Of a DNA stretch of 64,000 bases, positions 30,570 to 41,161 are shown piece after piece (position 1 is the first letter of the stretch; every line of letters starts with the position of its first letter). Under the pieces are notes generated by a model, which was not told the origin of the DNA, made no database searches, and saw nothing but the letters and a program-made list of their open reading frames with translations. Where the stretch lies: contig DALTYD010000001.1 in NCBI GenBank assembly GCA_029986255.1, forward strand, positions 23,063-87,062, given 5' to 3'. The position numbers were made by a program, and so were the translations under genes. The stretch is from Methanocorpusculum sp. GTDB taxonomy: Archaea > Halobacteriota > Methanomicrobia > Methanomicrobiales > Methanocorpusculaceae.

Positions 30570-30643
30570 CGGGCCTAAAGGGATTTGAACCCCTGGCCTA
30601 CGGATTAAGAGTCCGTCGCTATTCCTGACTAAGCTATAGGCCC
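30570..30643 (-). tRNA. tRNA-Lys(CTT), copy 1
   Basis: Identical 74-nt sequence to 30465-30538. Confidence 0.96.
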
Positions 30644-30681
30644 ATTAATGATAATTGTTGGTTTGATTTAATTAGTCCTAT

Positions 30682-30699
30682 AACTATTTATAAATTTCT
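30682..30699 (-). promoter_or_regulatory. Probable BRE/TATA promoter of the tRNA-Lys pair (may also serve the divergent DHH gene)
   Basis: Minus strand reads AGAAATTTATAAATAGTT about 40-55 nt upstream of the first tRNA. Confidence 0.55.
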
Positions 30700-30765
30700 T
30701 TATTCAGGGTATTTCTCCTTATGAGGGTATCTACCTTAATATCCACACAACACGAATATTGGTAC

Positions 30766-32256
30766 ATGGTTGAAAGTGATGGGTTTCTGCCGAACAATCC
30801 CAAGACTCATAAAAAAATAAAATATCTTATTCTGGGTTGCGGCAGTATCGGTTACAATGTCCTCGAGGAACTCAAGGAGGATGATGAAAACGTCCTCGTT
30901 ATCGATGTAAATGAAAAACGTGTGGATGACTTGCGTGATCATCGTCATCAGGCGATGGTAGGGGATATCACCGATCCTGGTTTGCTTGCAAATATTCCTG
31001 AGCCGGAAATGGTCTTTATTCTTGCTGCAGATAAAGATGCAAATCTTGCGGCGGTACAAAATATTAAGGGTGCCTATCAGCAAACCCATGTGGTTGCCCG
31101 TGCCGTGGATCTCTTTTCAGCGGATCAGTTAGTGGATCATGGCGCCGATGTTGTTCTGTATCCTCAGCAAGTTGTCGCGAAATCTGCTGTCAATCACATG
31201 AACAATTTAGTTGCATCACGTTGTGCCCAAAGACTTTTCTCTCTCTTAAGCTCATGGGCAGGGACCCTTGGTATTATCACGCACAAAAATCCCGATCCTG
31301 ACGCAATCTCAAGTGCTATGGCTCTTGCTGCAATTGCTTCCAGTGCTTCTTCTGGGAATCTCACAACTAAGATTCTTTACGAAGGCAATATAGGTCATCA
31401 GGAAAATCGCGCATTCGTCAATCTCCTTGAGATAAAGATGGAACGCTTGACCCCGGAGATTCTCAGTGAATGTAATTATCTTGCTCTTGTCGATTGCGTT
31501 GCTCCCGGAATGAATAACGATCTCCCGTTGGATACGCCCATCAATATTGTTATTGATCATCACAGCAAGGAGGGTGTTACTCGTTTGTGGAAACCGGAAT
31601 TTCTTGATTCTCGTCCAAATGTAGGCGCTACGGCATCGATCATGACTCAGTATCTGCAGGAACTTTATCTGCCGATTGACAAAAAAGTTGCGACTGCTCT
31701 ATTCTATGGTATCCGTGCTGACACCAAGGAGTTTCAGCGCAACCTCTCTCCCCAGGATCTTTATAATGCTGCATATCTTCTTCCATTGTCAGATAGATCC
31801 CTTTTGGAGGTTATTATGGCTCCATCTGTTTCTCAGGAGACGTTGGATGTCCTTGGTCATGCAATTGTTAATCGTGAGATAAAGCATGGATATTTGTTTT
31901 CCAACATTGGATATGTTAGAAATCGTGATGCCATTCCACAGGCTGCTGATATGTTACTGAATTTGGAAGGTGTGACAACCGCGATGGTATATGGTATCAC
32001 TGATACATTTATCACTCTATCTGCCCGTAATAAGGACATTCGCTTACATGTTGGTGATGTAATGAAAGAGGCGTTCTCTCCTATTCCTGGTGCCTCTGCT
32101 GGAGGTCATGCAACAATGGCTGCTCTATCTATTCCCCTGAACGCGTTTTCTTTGGTGAAAAATAAGGATGAACTGCTCAATATGATTATTGATCCGATCT
32201 TGTCCAATTTCATGAAACTTGTTGGAATTTCTGAGGTTGAAGGAGATGAAATTTGA
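30766..32256 (+). CDS. DHH-family phosphoesterase with N-terminal TrkA-N (RCK) domain
   Basis: LGCGSIG Rossmann motif, HKNPDPDA, IDHH, GIRADT, AGGH. Confidence 0.92.
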   Translation: MVESDGFLPNNPKTHKKIKYLILGCGSIGYNVLEELKEDDENVLVIDVNEKRVDDLRDHRHQAMVGDITDPGLLANIPEPEMVFILAADKDANLAAVQNIKGAYQQTHVVARAVDLFSADQLVDHGADVVLYPQQVVAKSAVNHMNNLVASRCAQRLFSLLSSWAGTLGIITHKNPDPDAISSAMALAAIASSASSGNLTTKILYEGNIGHQENRAFVNLLEIKMERLTPEILSECNYLALVDCVAPGMNNDLPLDTPINIVIDHHSKEGVTRLWKPEFLDSRPNVGATASIMTQYLQELYLPIDKKVATALFYGIRADTKEFQRNLSPQDLYNAAYLLPLSDRSLLEVIMAPSVSQETLDVLGHAIVNREIKHGYLFSNIGYVRNRDAIPQAADMLLNLEGVTTAMVYGITDTFITLSARNKDIRLHVGDVMKEAFSPIPGASAGGHATMAALSIPLNAFSLVKNKDELLNMIIDPILSNFMKLVGISEVEGDEI

Positions 32257-32875
32257 GGAATGGGAACTGTACTACACACAAATCCTCAATTTTTTTGGAT
32301 TTTCACGTGAGGAGGACGAGCTTGCCGCACGAATACTTGCCAAACTTCTCCCACATGATGATTTTGATAGACTTCGAGATACTGTTCAGGGCCGAAATTG
32401 CATAGTCTGTGGAAATGCACCGTCTCTTTTGGAGGATATCTGTACAACGAATTTTTCTGATAAAGTCATTATTGCTGCGGATGCTGCGGCACGTGTTCTT
32501 CTACTTACAGATCATCGCCCGGATGTGATTTTCTCTGATATTGATGGTATGGATGATGATTTTCTAGTTATGAATGATCTTGGAACGATTCTGGTGTTGC
32601 ATGCTCACGGAGATAATATTCCTTTAATTCGTTCATGGGTACCAAAAGTGCGCGGTCCAGTTGTCGGAACAACTCAGGCATCACCTCTTCCCCATGTGTA
32701 TAATTTTGGTGGTTTTTCAGATGGCGATCGTGGTGTGTTCTGTGCGTATGAACTTGGTGCTGCAAGTATCTCTCTTATTGGATTTGATCTGGATGATCGC
32801 TCTGTCGATCCCGTGAAACATGGGAAATTGATGATTGCACGAAAACTTCTGAAACTCCTTGGCCATGATCTCTGA
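32246..32875 (+). CDS. mptE: 6-hydroxymethyl-7,8-dihydropterin pyrophosphokinase MptE
   Basis: W..YY..I...FGF, GNAPSL, AADAA, SDIDG, HAHGDN, FGGFSDGDR. Confidence 0.9.
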   Translation: MKFEEWELYYTQILNFFGFSREEDELAARILAKLLPHDDFDRLRDTVQGRNCIVCGNAPSLLEDICTTNFSDKVIIAADAAARVLLLTDHRPDVIFSDIDGMDDDFLVMNDLGTILVLHAHGDNIPLIRSWVPKVRGPVVGTTQASPLPHVYNFGGFSDGDRGVFCAYELGAASISLIGFDLDDRSVDPVKHGKLMIARKLLKLLGHDL

Positions 32876-34523
32876 TGCAGTTATTATCGATGGATATGTA
32901 GATGAACCCGCTTGTCTTGGTGTTCCCCCATATATCTCACCATATGTTAGAACGGTTGCTGGGGTATTTGCTGAGTACAGCATTACAACTGATTATATAA
33001 CCATTGATCAGCTGCGGCGCGATCCAGTAAGACTCACTGCTCTTTCTGCCTACAAATATGTGGTAATGATTGCAGGAGTTGCAGTTCCTGGCAGGTATCT
33101 TGCGGGAACTCCTGCAACGCTAACAGAACTGCAACACATAGGTTTTACGTTACGAGGGAAGACTGTGTCACTGCTTTGTGGACCAATAGGTTTTGGCTAC
33201 TCCCCAGAAGGTGGAGTACGTGCTATCTCTCAGGTAATTCCTGGCTGGTCGGCAATGTTGTTTGGTGATCCTGCTTCAGCGCTGGATTCATATCTTTCTG
33301 GTGGGGATATAGTTGGAGTATTTCGATATTCAGATTTTAATCGCTGGGCGGTACTAGGTGCAGAGATTATTCGGAAGCACCCATTTTTTCCTCGCGTGAT
33401 GTGTGAGTTGGAGACTGCAAGGGGATGTTCTCGTGTCGTAACAGGTGGGTGCTCCTTCTGCACCGAGCCATTTTATGGATTTCCTCATTCTCGAAATGTT
33501 TTGGGAATTATGGAGGAAGTTTCTGCTCTCACCTCTGCGGGTGCGGTACACTTTCGGTTAGGGCGTCAACCGGATCTTCTTGCATTCGGGACAACGGGTT
33601 CTTCTGAATTTCCAAAACCGAATCCGGATGCTCTAAGGCAGCTATTTTCCAGCATCCACGACGCAGCTCCTTCTCTCCAAACCCTGCATATCGACAATGT
33701 AAACCCTGGTACTATTGCCAGGCATGAAGAGGCTTCTCGCGAGGCTTTATCTGTTATTATTGCTGGTCACACTGCTGGAGACATTGCTGCATTTGGTGTG
33801 GAGTCTGCTGATCCAGCTGTGGTTACAGCAAACAATTTGAAAGGAGATGCTGATGCTGTGTTCCGAGCCGTCGAGATAGTGAATGAAGTCGGTGCTGTGC
33901 GTCGGGCAGGTATTCCTGAACTTCTTCCCGGTCTCAATTTTATTGTGGGTCTGGATGGTGAGACACCCGATACGTTTACTAAAAACAAACTTTTTTTACA
34001 ACGTATTCTTGATGCCGGGTTGCTGGTTCGTCGTGTGAATATTCGTCAGTTGATGCCCTTTGAAGGGACCCGTGCTTACACGCGTAACACACTTGGTCAA
34101 CACGATCGTCTATTCCGCCAGTTCAAAGAACATGTGCGAGAGATGTTTGATGTTCCGATGCTGAAACGTGTTTTTCCTCTAGGGACCGTTCTACGTGATG
34201 TTATCATTGAGGTTTCTGGTGCTATGTCTTTTGGTAGGCAAATGGGAACGTATCCTCTTCTTTCTGGTATTCCTCTGCAATTACCTGTTGGAACAATACT
34301 CGATGTAGCTGTTATCTCCTATGGGAAACGTTCTGTTACGACGTTACCTGTTCCAATTGAAATAAATCGGTTGAACTCAGCGGCCTTGAAATGGTTGCCG
34401 GGAATTTCTAAGCAATTAGTAGCCAAAGTTGCCGCTAGGAAACCATATGCAGATGTTGGGGCCTTTACCTCTGTTGTCTCCACTGAGGCGATAACTCCCA
34501 TTCTTCCTCTCATGCGATTTTAA
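32859..34523 (+). CDS. Radical SAM protein with C-terminal helix-hairpin-helix (COG1031-like)
   Basis: IDGYVDEPACLGVPPYISPY, C-x7-C-x2-C (GCSRVVTGGCSFC), RLGRQ, RRVNIRQ, LPGIS HhH. Confidence 0.88.
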   Translation: MAMISDAVIIDGYVDEPACLGVPPYISPYVRTVAGVFAEYSITTDYITIDQLRRDPVRLTALSAYKYVVMIAGVAVPGRYLAGTPATLTELQHIGFTLRGKTVSLLCGPIGFGYSPEGGVRAISQVIPGWSAMLFGDPASALDSYLSGGDIVGVFRYSDFNRWAVLGAEIIRKHPFFPRVMCELETARGCSRVVTGGCSFCTEPFYGFPHSRNVLGIMEEVSALTSAGAVHFRLGRQPDLLAFGTTGSSEFPKPNPDALRQLFSSIHDAAPSLQTLHIDNVNPGTIARHEEASREALSVIIAGHTAGDIAAFGVESADPAVVTANNLKGDADAVFRAVEIVNEVGAVRRAGIPELLPGLNFIVGLDGETPDTFTKNKLFLQRILDAGLLVRRVNIRQLMPFEGTRAYTRNTLGQHDRLFRQFKEHVREMFDVPMLKRVFPLGTVLRDVIIEVSGAMSFGRQMGTYPLLSGIPLQLPVGTILDVAVISYGKRSVTTLPVPIEINRLNSAALKWLPGISKQLVAKVAARKPYADVGAFTSVVSTEAITPILPLMRF

Positions 34524-34841
34524 ATAGTTTTTTAGACAATCCATCGCGCGATTTCAGGTAGAAAAAAATACTTTGATATATCCGATGATACTCTCTATGT
34601 CATTTTCTGCAACAAAAAATCGGAAGGAAAAGAGATCTTCAGTATTGGTCCCATAATATCTCTCCTCATCCATTCTTGAAAAAAGTGTGGCATTCAGTTC
34701 ACTAATGAATGGATAATGCGAGTATCTCCCTATATATTATCAAATATCTGCGGTTTAGAGATGTTGAGCGTATTTATCCTTATATTATCTTTCGATTTAT
34801 ACAAACTTACTTATATTTGTGTGAGTATAATTTTCAAAAGT

Positions 34842-35114
34842 ATGATGAAGTGGCAGATTTCGGATCTTTTTGGAATGGATGTCTATTCTGATAAAGCAGT
34901 TTTCCTTGGAAGGGTTGAGGATGTTGTTCTGGATGTTACTAACAAGAAAATAAGTGGTCTTGCATTGGTTGACGTGAATCAGAATGTACTTGATATCAAA
35001 AACTATCATGGTGTTGTCTTACCATATCGTATTGTCAGAGAGGTTGGAGACGTTGTCCTTGTCCGCCATATCTCGGGAATTTTTAAGTTGTCTGAGCCCA
35101 TTTTTGGAGAATAG
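34842..35114 (+). CDS. PRC-barrel domain protein (CdpB-like candidate)
   Basis: ISDLFGMDVYSDKAVFLGRVEDVVLD...LPYRIVREVGDVVLV; start taken at MMKWQ. Confidence 0.88.
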   Translation: MMKWQISDLFGMDVYSDKAVFLGRVEDVVLDVTNKKISGLALVDVNQNVLDIKNYHGVVLPYRIVREVGDVVLVRHISGIFKLSEPIFGE

Positions 35115-35127
35115 TCTGATCTTATTC

Positions 35128-35874
35128 ATGAGAGAACGTGAAATTTTTTCTGGTATTATTACTACGGTTCCGTTTGTTTTGCGATTGGATGGGAGATCTT
35201 TTCATCGCTTTTCTCGAGAGGGAGGGTATGACAAACCTTATGATACGGCATTTTCCAGATGTATGATTAAAACTGTACAGGCACTATTTGAGGACAGTGG
35301 CCTTTCTCCCTCATTTGCTTATACTTTTTCTGATGAGATCAGTCTTTATATCACTTCTCCAATTTTTGACTGTCGGATTGAAAAGCTTGTTTCGATTGCA
35401 GCTGGTCTTGCATCATCTGCATTTTCGTTGTTTTCAGGTGCCCAACGTCCACTTTCATTTGATTGTCGGGTTGTTCCAATTGATAAGAATCAACTTGTGA
35501 CATATCTTGCTTGGAGACAGGCTGAGGCATGGCGGAATCATATTAATGGCTATGCTCATAAGTTGCTAAGGGATATGGGACTGTCAACGACTGATGCTCA
35601 GCGGATATTGAACGGAATGAAATCCGCTGAATTGCATGAACTCGCTTTTTCCTTAGGGGTGAATCTTGCTGATACCCCCACCTGGCAAAGACGCGGGATA
35701 GCGATGTATCGGTCGATTGCAGTGAAAGATGGTTATAATCCCGTGTCTCTAGAGATGGTGCATGTGTCTCGTCGTGTATCAGTGATCGATAAGGAACTTC
35801 CTCTTTTTAAAACTCCTTATGGTGCATTGTGGCTTGCAGAACGTCTTTCCCTTTCTCCTAGTTTCGATGAGTGA
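35128..35874 (+). CDS. tRNA(His) guanylyltransferase Thg1-like protein
   Basis: RLDGRSFH, KPYD, YTFSDEISL, FDCR, YLAWRQ, WQRRG; no in-frame TAG. Confidence 0.93.
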   Translation: MREREIFSGIITTVPFVLRLDGRSFHRFSREGGYDKPYDTAFSRCMIKTVQALFEDSGLSPSFAYTFSDEISLYITSPIFDCRIEKLVSIAAGLASSAFSLFSGAQRPLSFDCRVVPIDKNQLVTYLAWRQAEAWRNHINGYAHKLLRDMGLSTTDAQRILNGMKSAELHELAFSLGVNLADTPTWQRRGIAMYRSIAVKDGYNPVSLEMVHVSRRVSVIDKELPLFKTPYGALWLAERLSLSPSFDE

Positions 35875-35918
35875 TATTCATGTTTTATTGTTTTTATGAA
35901 GGGTAATAATTTAAGTAC

Positions 35919-36747
35919 AATGCCAATTGAATTTACAAAAATTCATGAAAATGGAAATGATTTTATTCTTATTGATGAGATGATGAATGTTATTATTCCA
36001 GGATATGAAGGAGAAGTTTGCAGTGAGTTACTGTGTTCGACGGTTTGGTATCGATGGAGACGGTGTTCTGTTTATCTTACCCTCCAAGATTGCCTATGTG
36101 CAAATGCGCTTATTCCAACCAAATGTTTGCGATGAGAAAATGTGCAACAATGGAGTATTCTGTCTAGCCAAGTATGCATTTGACAACAATTATATGTAAA
36201 GAAAAAGTTATTTTCGGTGGAAACCATTGCAGGCATTTTGTCAGTTCGTGTCAGGTATGATAATTCTGGTGATTTTTATGTTACGATTGATATGGGTGTT
36301 CCTGCATGTGATGCAACGATACTTTCTGCAGTAGATTTTTGTGGTCTTTCTGCAAAAATGACAGGCATGACGATATATTCAGTTAACATAGGAGTTTCGC
36401 ATGCGGTTATTTTTTTAGAGGATATTGAGGATATTGATCTTGATGCTGTTGTTTTGGATATTCGTCATAATACCCAATTTCCGATGGGAATACATGTAAC
36501 CTTTACGCAGGTGATTAGCCCATCTACAATTTCCATCCGAACATTTGTACATGGGATTGAAGAAGAAATGCTTTCGTGTGGTAATGGATATATGGAAGCT
36601 GTCCTGATTGCTATAAAATTTGGTAAGGTATTGGGTGATGAGGTAGATGTTGAAACGATTGGAGGTTCACTTGATATCTCTATTGGTGAGCGTGCAACGA
36701 TAATGGGATCTGCTGAAACGGTGTTTACTGGTGAAATTCCTCTCTAA
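35919..36747 (+). pseudogene. dapF: Diaminopimelate epimerase pseudogene (two frameshifts, degenerate motifs)
   Basis: FTKIHENGNDF in one frame, RRFGIDGDG..MCNNG in a second frame ending at 36199, ETIAG..DMG..SCGNG..ETVFTG back in the first frame. Confidence 0.9.
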
Positions 36748-37218
36748 TTTTTTCAATAAGGGCATAGGTTGAGATCGATGATGGGAAGTGATTACGCTAT
36801 TCCTGTACATATTTTCATCACCATTTAGATGTCTGGTCAGTCATATTCTAATCCCGGAAAAAAAAGATTAGTACACATCTTTTTTATTCCTTTTCTTATA
36901 TCTCTTCCAGTTTTTTTTCTGTGTTTTCTTCCATACTTTCCAGTTCTCCTATTATCTACTATCGATAACTACAAGTGTCATGTCTCTTTTACATGAAAGA
37001 TATTTGAACACATCTGATGTATATTCTATCTTTTAGACATTCATGGTGTGTGATTTTTTTTCAGAAAATTGATTTGTTTATTTATTCTTGGAAGAATTGT
37101 CGCTATCTCGAGACTCGATCTCTAAGATTTTATCGTGTCTCCTCTCAATCTATTTTCTATCTATCGTAATGCATGTTTTTATGGGATGTTTTATATCGAT
37201 GACATCCCTTTAAATTTC

Positions 37219-38238
37219 TTAGTTCTTAAAAATTTCTTCTATCTCTTTTTCAATTTCGTTGAGTTTTTTATGAATCATGCGCAGTTCTTGCATTTGTTCT
37301 CGCTGAATATTGTGGATAACCTTACTGATGGTTCCCATCATAATGGCGAAGGTTCCTGTAATGAGGAGAAGTGAAGTGAGAATTCCAATGATGAGAGGCT
37401 TTGTCCCCGTTATCCACCACTCACTAAGTACGTAGAATTCAAGGCAAAAACATGCTATACTTATCAGAATGCCAATATTTCTGAAATAACAGAGTGGATT
37501 GTTTATTTTGCTATATTTGTTGATTGTTCGGATTATTTTGTATCCGTCGAGAATTGGATGCAATTTCGTAGGTGATCCTTGACGTTTCTTATAGTAAGTT
37601 GGGACAATTTCAAATCGAAGACCGTAGTGGATGACCGCGGCGCAGATCTCTGTTTCAATTCCGAATCCTTTTTCTGTGAGGTTCATTAGTCGAATGGAAT
37701 CTAAAGTGAATGCACGATAGCCTGAGAGGATATCATCCATGTATACACCATGTGCCCATTTGAATAGTATGTTCATGAGATAGTTGCCCCAGAGATTGAG
37801 GTGAGTTAAAGCACCGCGTTCGTATTGTTCGAGTCTATTCCCAATGACATGATCTGCGCGATCTTGTATGAGCGGTTCAATCATGGAGTCGGCATACTCT
37901 GGAGGGTTGGTACCGTCTCCATCAAGCATCAGAATGTATGGCGTTGTGATTTTTTCAAATGCCTCAATTAGTGCAGCTCCTTTTCCCTTTCCCTCTTGTT
38001 TTATAACTTTTGCGCCGAGTTTTTCTGCTATTTTTGGTGTTCCATCTGTGCTGTGTCCATCCACAACAAGTATTTGATGATATCCATTTGCTTGTAGTCC
38101 CTTGATAATATATCCAATTGTTGCCTTTTCATTGAGTGTCGGTATCAATACACAAACATTGTCTTTGGATACTCTATTCTCAGTTTTTTCGTTGATGTTC
38201 TTTTTAATTATCTTTGTCGCTCTGTTTGCATTGTTCAT
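37219..38238 (-). CDS. aglJ: GT2 glycosyltransferase, AglJ-like (S-layer N-glycosylation)
   Basis: LIPTLNE, VDGHSTDGT, GKGKG, MLDGDGT, DILSGYRA, FGIETE, TKLHPILDG; two C-terminal TMs. Confidence 0.82.
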   Translation of the reverse strand: MNNANRATKIIKKNINEKTENRVSKDNVCVLIPTLNEKATIGYIIKGLQANGYHQILVVDGHSTDGTPKIAEKLGAKVIKQEGKGKGAALIEAFEKITTPYILMLDGDGTNPPEYADSMIEPLIQDRADHVIGNRLEQYERGALTHLNLWGNYLMNILFKWAHGVYMDDILSGYRAFTLDSIRLMNLTEKGFGIETEICAAVIHYGLRFEIVPTYYKKRQGSPTKLHPILDGYKIIRTINKYSKINNPLCYFRNIGILISIACFCLEFYVLSEWWITGTKPLIIGILTSLLLITGTFAIMMGTISKVIHNIQREQMQELRMIHKKLNEIEKEIEEIFKN

Positions 38239-38430
38239 AATTCTATTTATTGACTATTTCTGATTGTTCCCGTGTGACTTCAAGTTCATAATTCTCTTTG
38301 TCACGATGTGCTCGTTCTGAGCAATCTTCCTTGAAGTAGTAAAGTCCATTAATTTTTTTCTATATCACTATTATCTGCGTTTTTTGTAGATATATGGACT
38401 TTATTTGTAACATAATCTTGCAAAAAAAGA

Positions 38431-39639
38431 TTATTTGTTCTTGGCTTTCCAAATCATTCTTCCCTGCATGCCGAAGTATTTGGAAAATCCAATCGCATCT
38501 CGCTGATCGAAGGTTGTTGTATCAAATGAGACCATGTCCTGTGAATAGATTGCATTTGGTGATTTCCGTCCGAGAATGTGCATACCTCCTTTAAAAAGCT
38601 GAATATCGACTGTTCCTGTAACACGCTTCTGTGTCTCATCAATGAATCCATTTAGATCATGATAAAGTGGTTCGTGCACGAGACCCATATATGCAAGCTC
38701 AGCCCACTGTTCGTCAACAATATGTTTAAACTTTAACTCAAAGCGTGATAGTACAAGTTTCTCAAGATCTGCATGTGCTGCGATTAGTACTGTTGCTGCT
38801 GGGTGTTCGTAGTTTTCACGGACTTTGAGTCCGAGGATTCGATCCTCAATCATGTCGTTCCTACCAACACCGTTTTTACCTGCAATTGTGTTTAACGTCG
38901 TGATTAAATCGACACCACTCATTTTTTTTCCGTTGAGTTCTACGGGGATCCCCTGTTCAAAGGTAATGGAAATGATTTCTGGATTGTCAGGTGCTGTCTC
39001 TGGTGAGGTGGTCCAACGATAAATCTCTTCTGGTGGGTGATAGTCTGTCTCTTCCAGCCTACCTCCTTCTATACTGCGAGACCAAATATTTTCATCCACG
39101 CTCCATGGTGTGGATTTCTTGATTGGAATTGGTATTCCATGCTGTTCTGCGTAGTTTATCTCCCAATCCCGTGTTAGGTTATGTTCGCGCATCGGTGCAA
39201 TGATATCAAAGTTATGCATTTGAAAGATGAGTTCAAAGCGGAATTGGTCATTTCCTTTTCCGGTACATCCATGGGCAATAGCATTTGCTTTTTCCTGCTT
39301 TGCAATCTTTACGATCTCTTCTGCAATCAGTGGACGTGCAAGAGCCGTTCCCATTGGATAACCTTCATAGAGAGCATTTGCTTTGATTGCAGGGAACACG
39401 TGTTGTTGAACAAATGTATCCTTTACATCAATAGTGTAGTGTTTGTCAGCGATGAGTTTTCCTTTTTCCTCCGCCATTTTAACTTCGGCTGCAGACTGTC
39501 CTACATCTACAGCAACTGTTATTACACGGTTATAGCCGTACATGTTCTTGAGGATCGGCACACAGACGGAGGTATCAAGTCCTCCGGAAAAGGCGAGAAC
39601 AACAGTTCTCTTTCCTCTGGTTGATGATGTATCTGTCAT
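38431..39639 (-). CDS. argG: Argininosuccinate synthase
   Basis: [46 protein letters not shown]. Confidence 0.98.
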   Translation of the reverse strand: MTDTSSTRGKRTVVLAFSGGLDTSVCVPILKNMYGYNRVITVAVDVGQSAAEVKMAEEKGKLIADKHYTIDVKDTFVQQHVFPAIKANALYEGYPMGTALARPLIAEEIVKIAKQEKANAIAHGCTGKGNDQFRFELIFQMHNFDIIAPMREHNLTRDWEINYAEQHGIPIPIKKSTPWSVDENIWSRSIEGGRLEETDYHPPEEIYRWTTSPETAPDNPEIISITFEQGIPVELNGKKMSGVDLITTLNTIAGKNGVGRNDMIEDRILGLKVRENYEHPAATVLIAAHADLEKLVLSRFELKFKHIVDEQWAELAYMGLVHEPLYHDLNGFIDETQKRVTGTVDIQLFKGGMHILGRKSPNAIYSQDMVSFDTTTFDQRDAIGFSKYFGMQGRMIWKAKNK

Positions 39640-40421
39640 TGATGTACTATTCCACTTTTGGGAATGTGTGGGTTATATTTTGTGTTTAGTATATTCAATG
39701 TGTCTCACGTGCACATTGTATCTAGGTGATATTTGTATCTAACACATAAAACATCTTCTATGCATCATAATTCTTCTCATTTATGGTTTTGTCTCATAGG
39801 ATGTGAGCGCACGTGTGAGCCCTCTTGTTCTTAGTCCATGCTCTTCTTGTATTGATCCTTCTGCTTTCTTTTCCCATGTGATTCAAGCCGTTTAATTCAT
39901 GTGCACATATATTACTTTGATTGGTCGATTTCATCAGTTTGCTATGTCATCGAATTAATCGGGGGGAGAATACTGAATTTATGTCTCACTGTAATCTGGA
40001 TGGATGTTTGCTTATCTACAAACATGATTGAAATAATCTCTGAATGGAATTTCTTTGTTTTTGATTATATAGTTTATTGTATAGTTGAATATTTTTACTA
40101 ATATTTAGGTGAATACATGTTCTCTGGAATGCAAATAGTATGTTTTGTTATTTATATTAATATCCATTTTTCATTGTTTTTATAACTACTTTGATATATT
40201 TATCTCTTTAAGTCAGAATTTATTCCAGATATATAGACACTCTTTTTGTTTTCATATTTTTCCTACTTTTTATCATGTGAGCTCTTTTAGCATTAGTTTC
40301 TCCATCTTTAATTTTTGAAGATTTCTGGAGGTAATGCTGTCCCCATATTGTTGCACAATTATCATATTTTTTGTATATATTATTCCATAATTTTTATATT
40401 TCTCTCATAATATTTAAAAAA

Positions 40422-41156
40422 CTATTTATTTTTTGTTGAAAAATCCCAGGTTTGCATATCTCGTGCCCCGTGTTGATAGCTCCACTGAATTTTGTGGCTC
40501 ATGTGTACGCACCAGAACTCTTTTGGTGTAAGCTGTTTTGCTAGCTGTTCTGCTTCTTGAATGTTCATGTGTTTAGAGATGTGTATCTCCGGTGGAAAGA
40601 TGCCATCCAGTAGGAGAAGGTCTGCCCCTCTCATTGTCTCTTGCGTTTTATGAGGTAATTGATTAGTGGTATCACCGGAGTACACAAATACTACTCCATT
40701 CACTTCAATCCGGACGCCATAGGTTGGAGTGTCATGTGTCACTGGAAAGAGAGTTACTAACATTCCTCGAATATCTTGTGCTTCATAAGGGGTCATTATC
40801 ATTTCGTGATGGTGCATAAATGAAAAAATACTCCCACAGTAGCTCAGAACTTCTGCGGTACCATAGACTTGAATCGGTTCTCGTTGTACTCGATAGAAGT
40901 CGCCGAATCCCATAAAGTGATCATAGTGGCCATGTGTCCAAATGACTGAATCGATATGTGGCGAACCCGCTGCAAGTAGCTGGGCACGCATGTCGGGGCT
41001 TGTATCGATCAAAAGGTGTTTTCCTGCATGTTCGACAAGAATTGATGTACGAAGCCTCTGTTTTCCAGTTTGTCGCGCCTCGTGGCACACAGCGCAGTCA
41101 CATCCAATTTTTGGAGTCCCAACCACGTCTCCTGTTCCCAATGTTGTTATCTTCAT
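40422..41156 (-). CDS. MBL-fold metallohydrolase (PhnP-like)
   Basis: GTG...GCDCAVC, DTSPD, THGHYDH, HMSH. Confidence 0.9.
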   Translation of the reverse strand: MKITTLGTGDVVGTPKIGCDCAVCHEARQTGKQRLRTSILVEHAGKHLLIDTSPDMRAQLLAAGSPHIDSVIWTHGHYDHFMGFGDFYRVQREPIQVYGTAEVLSYCGSIFSFMHHHEMIMTPYEAQDIRGMLVTLFPVTHDTPTYGVRIEVNGVVFVYSGDTTNQLPHKTQETMRGADLLLLDGIFPPEIHISKHMNIQEAEQLAKQLTPKEFWCVHMSHKIQWSYQHGARDMQTWDFSTKNK

Positions 41157-41161
41157 ACTGA

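Noticed and set aside
35128..35874. Pyrrolysine read-through in Thg1-like gene
   Set aside because: The frame is open with no in-frame TAG.
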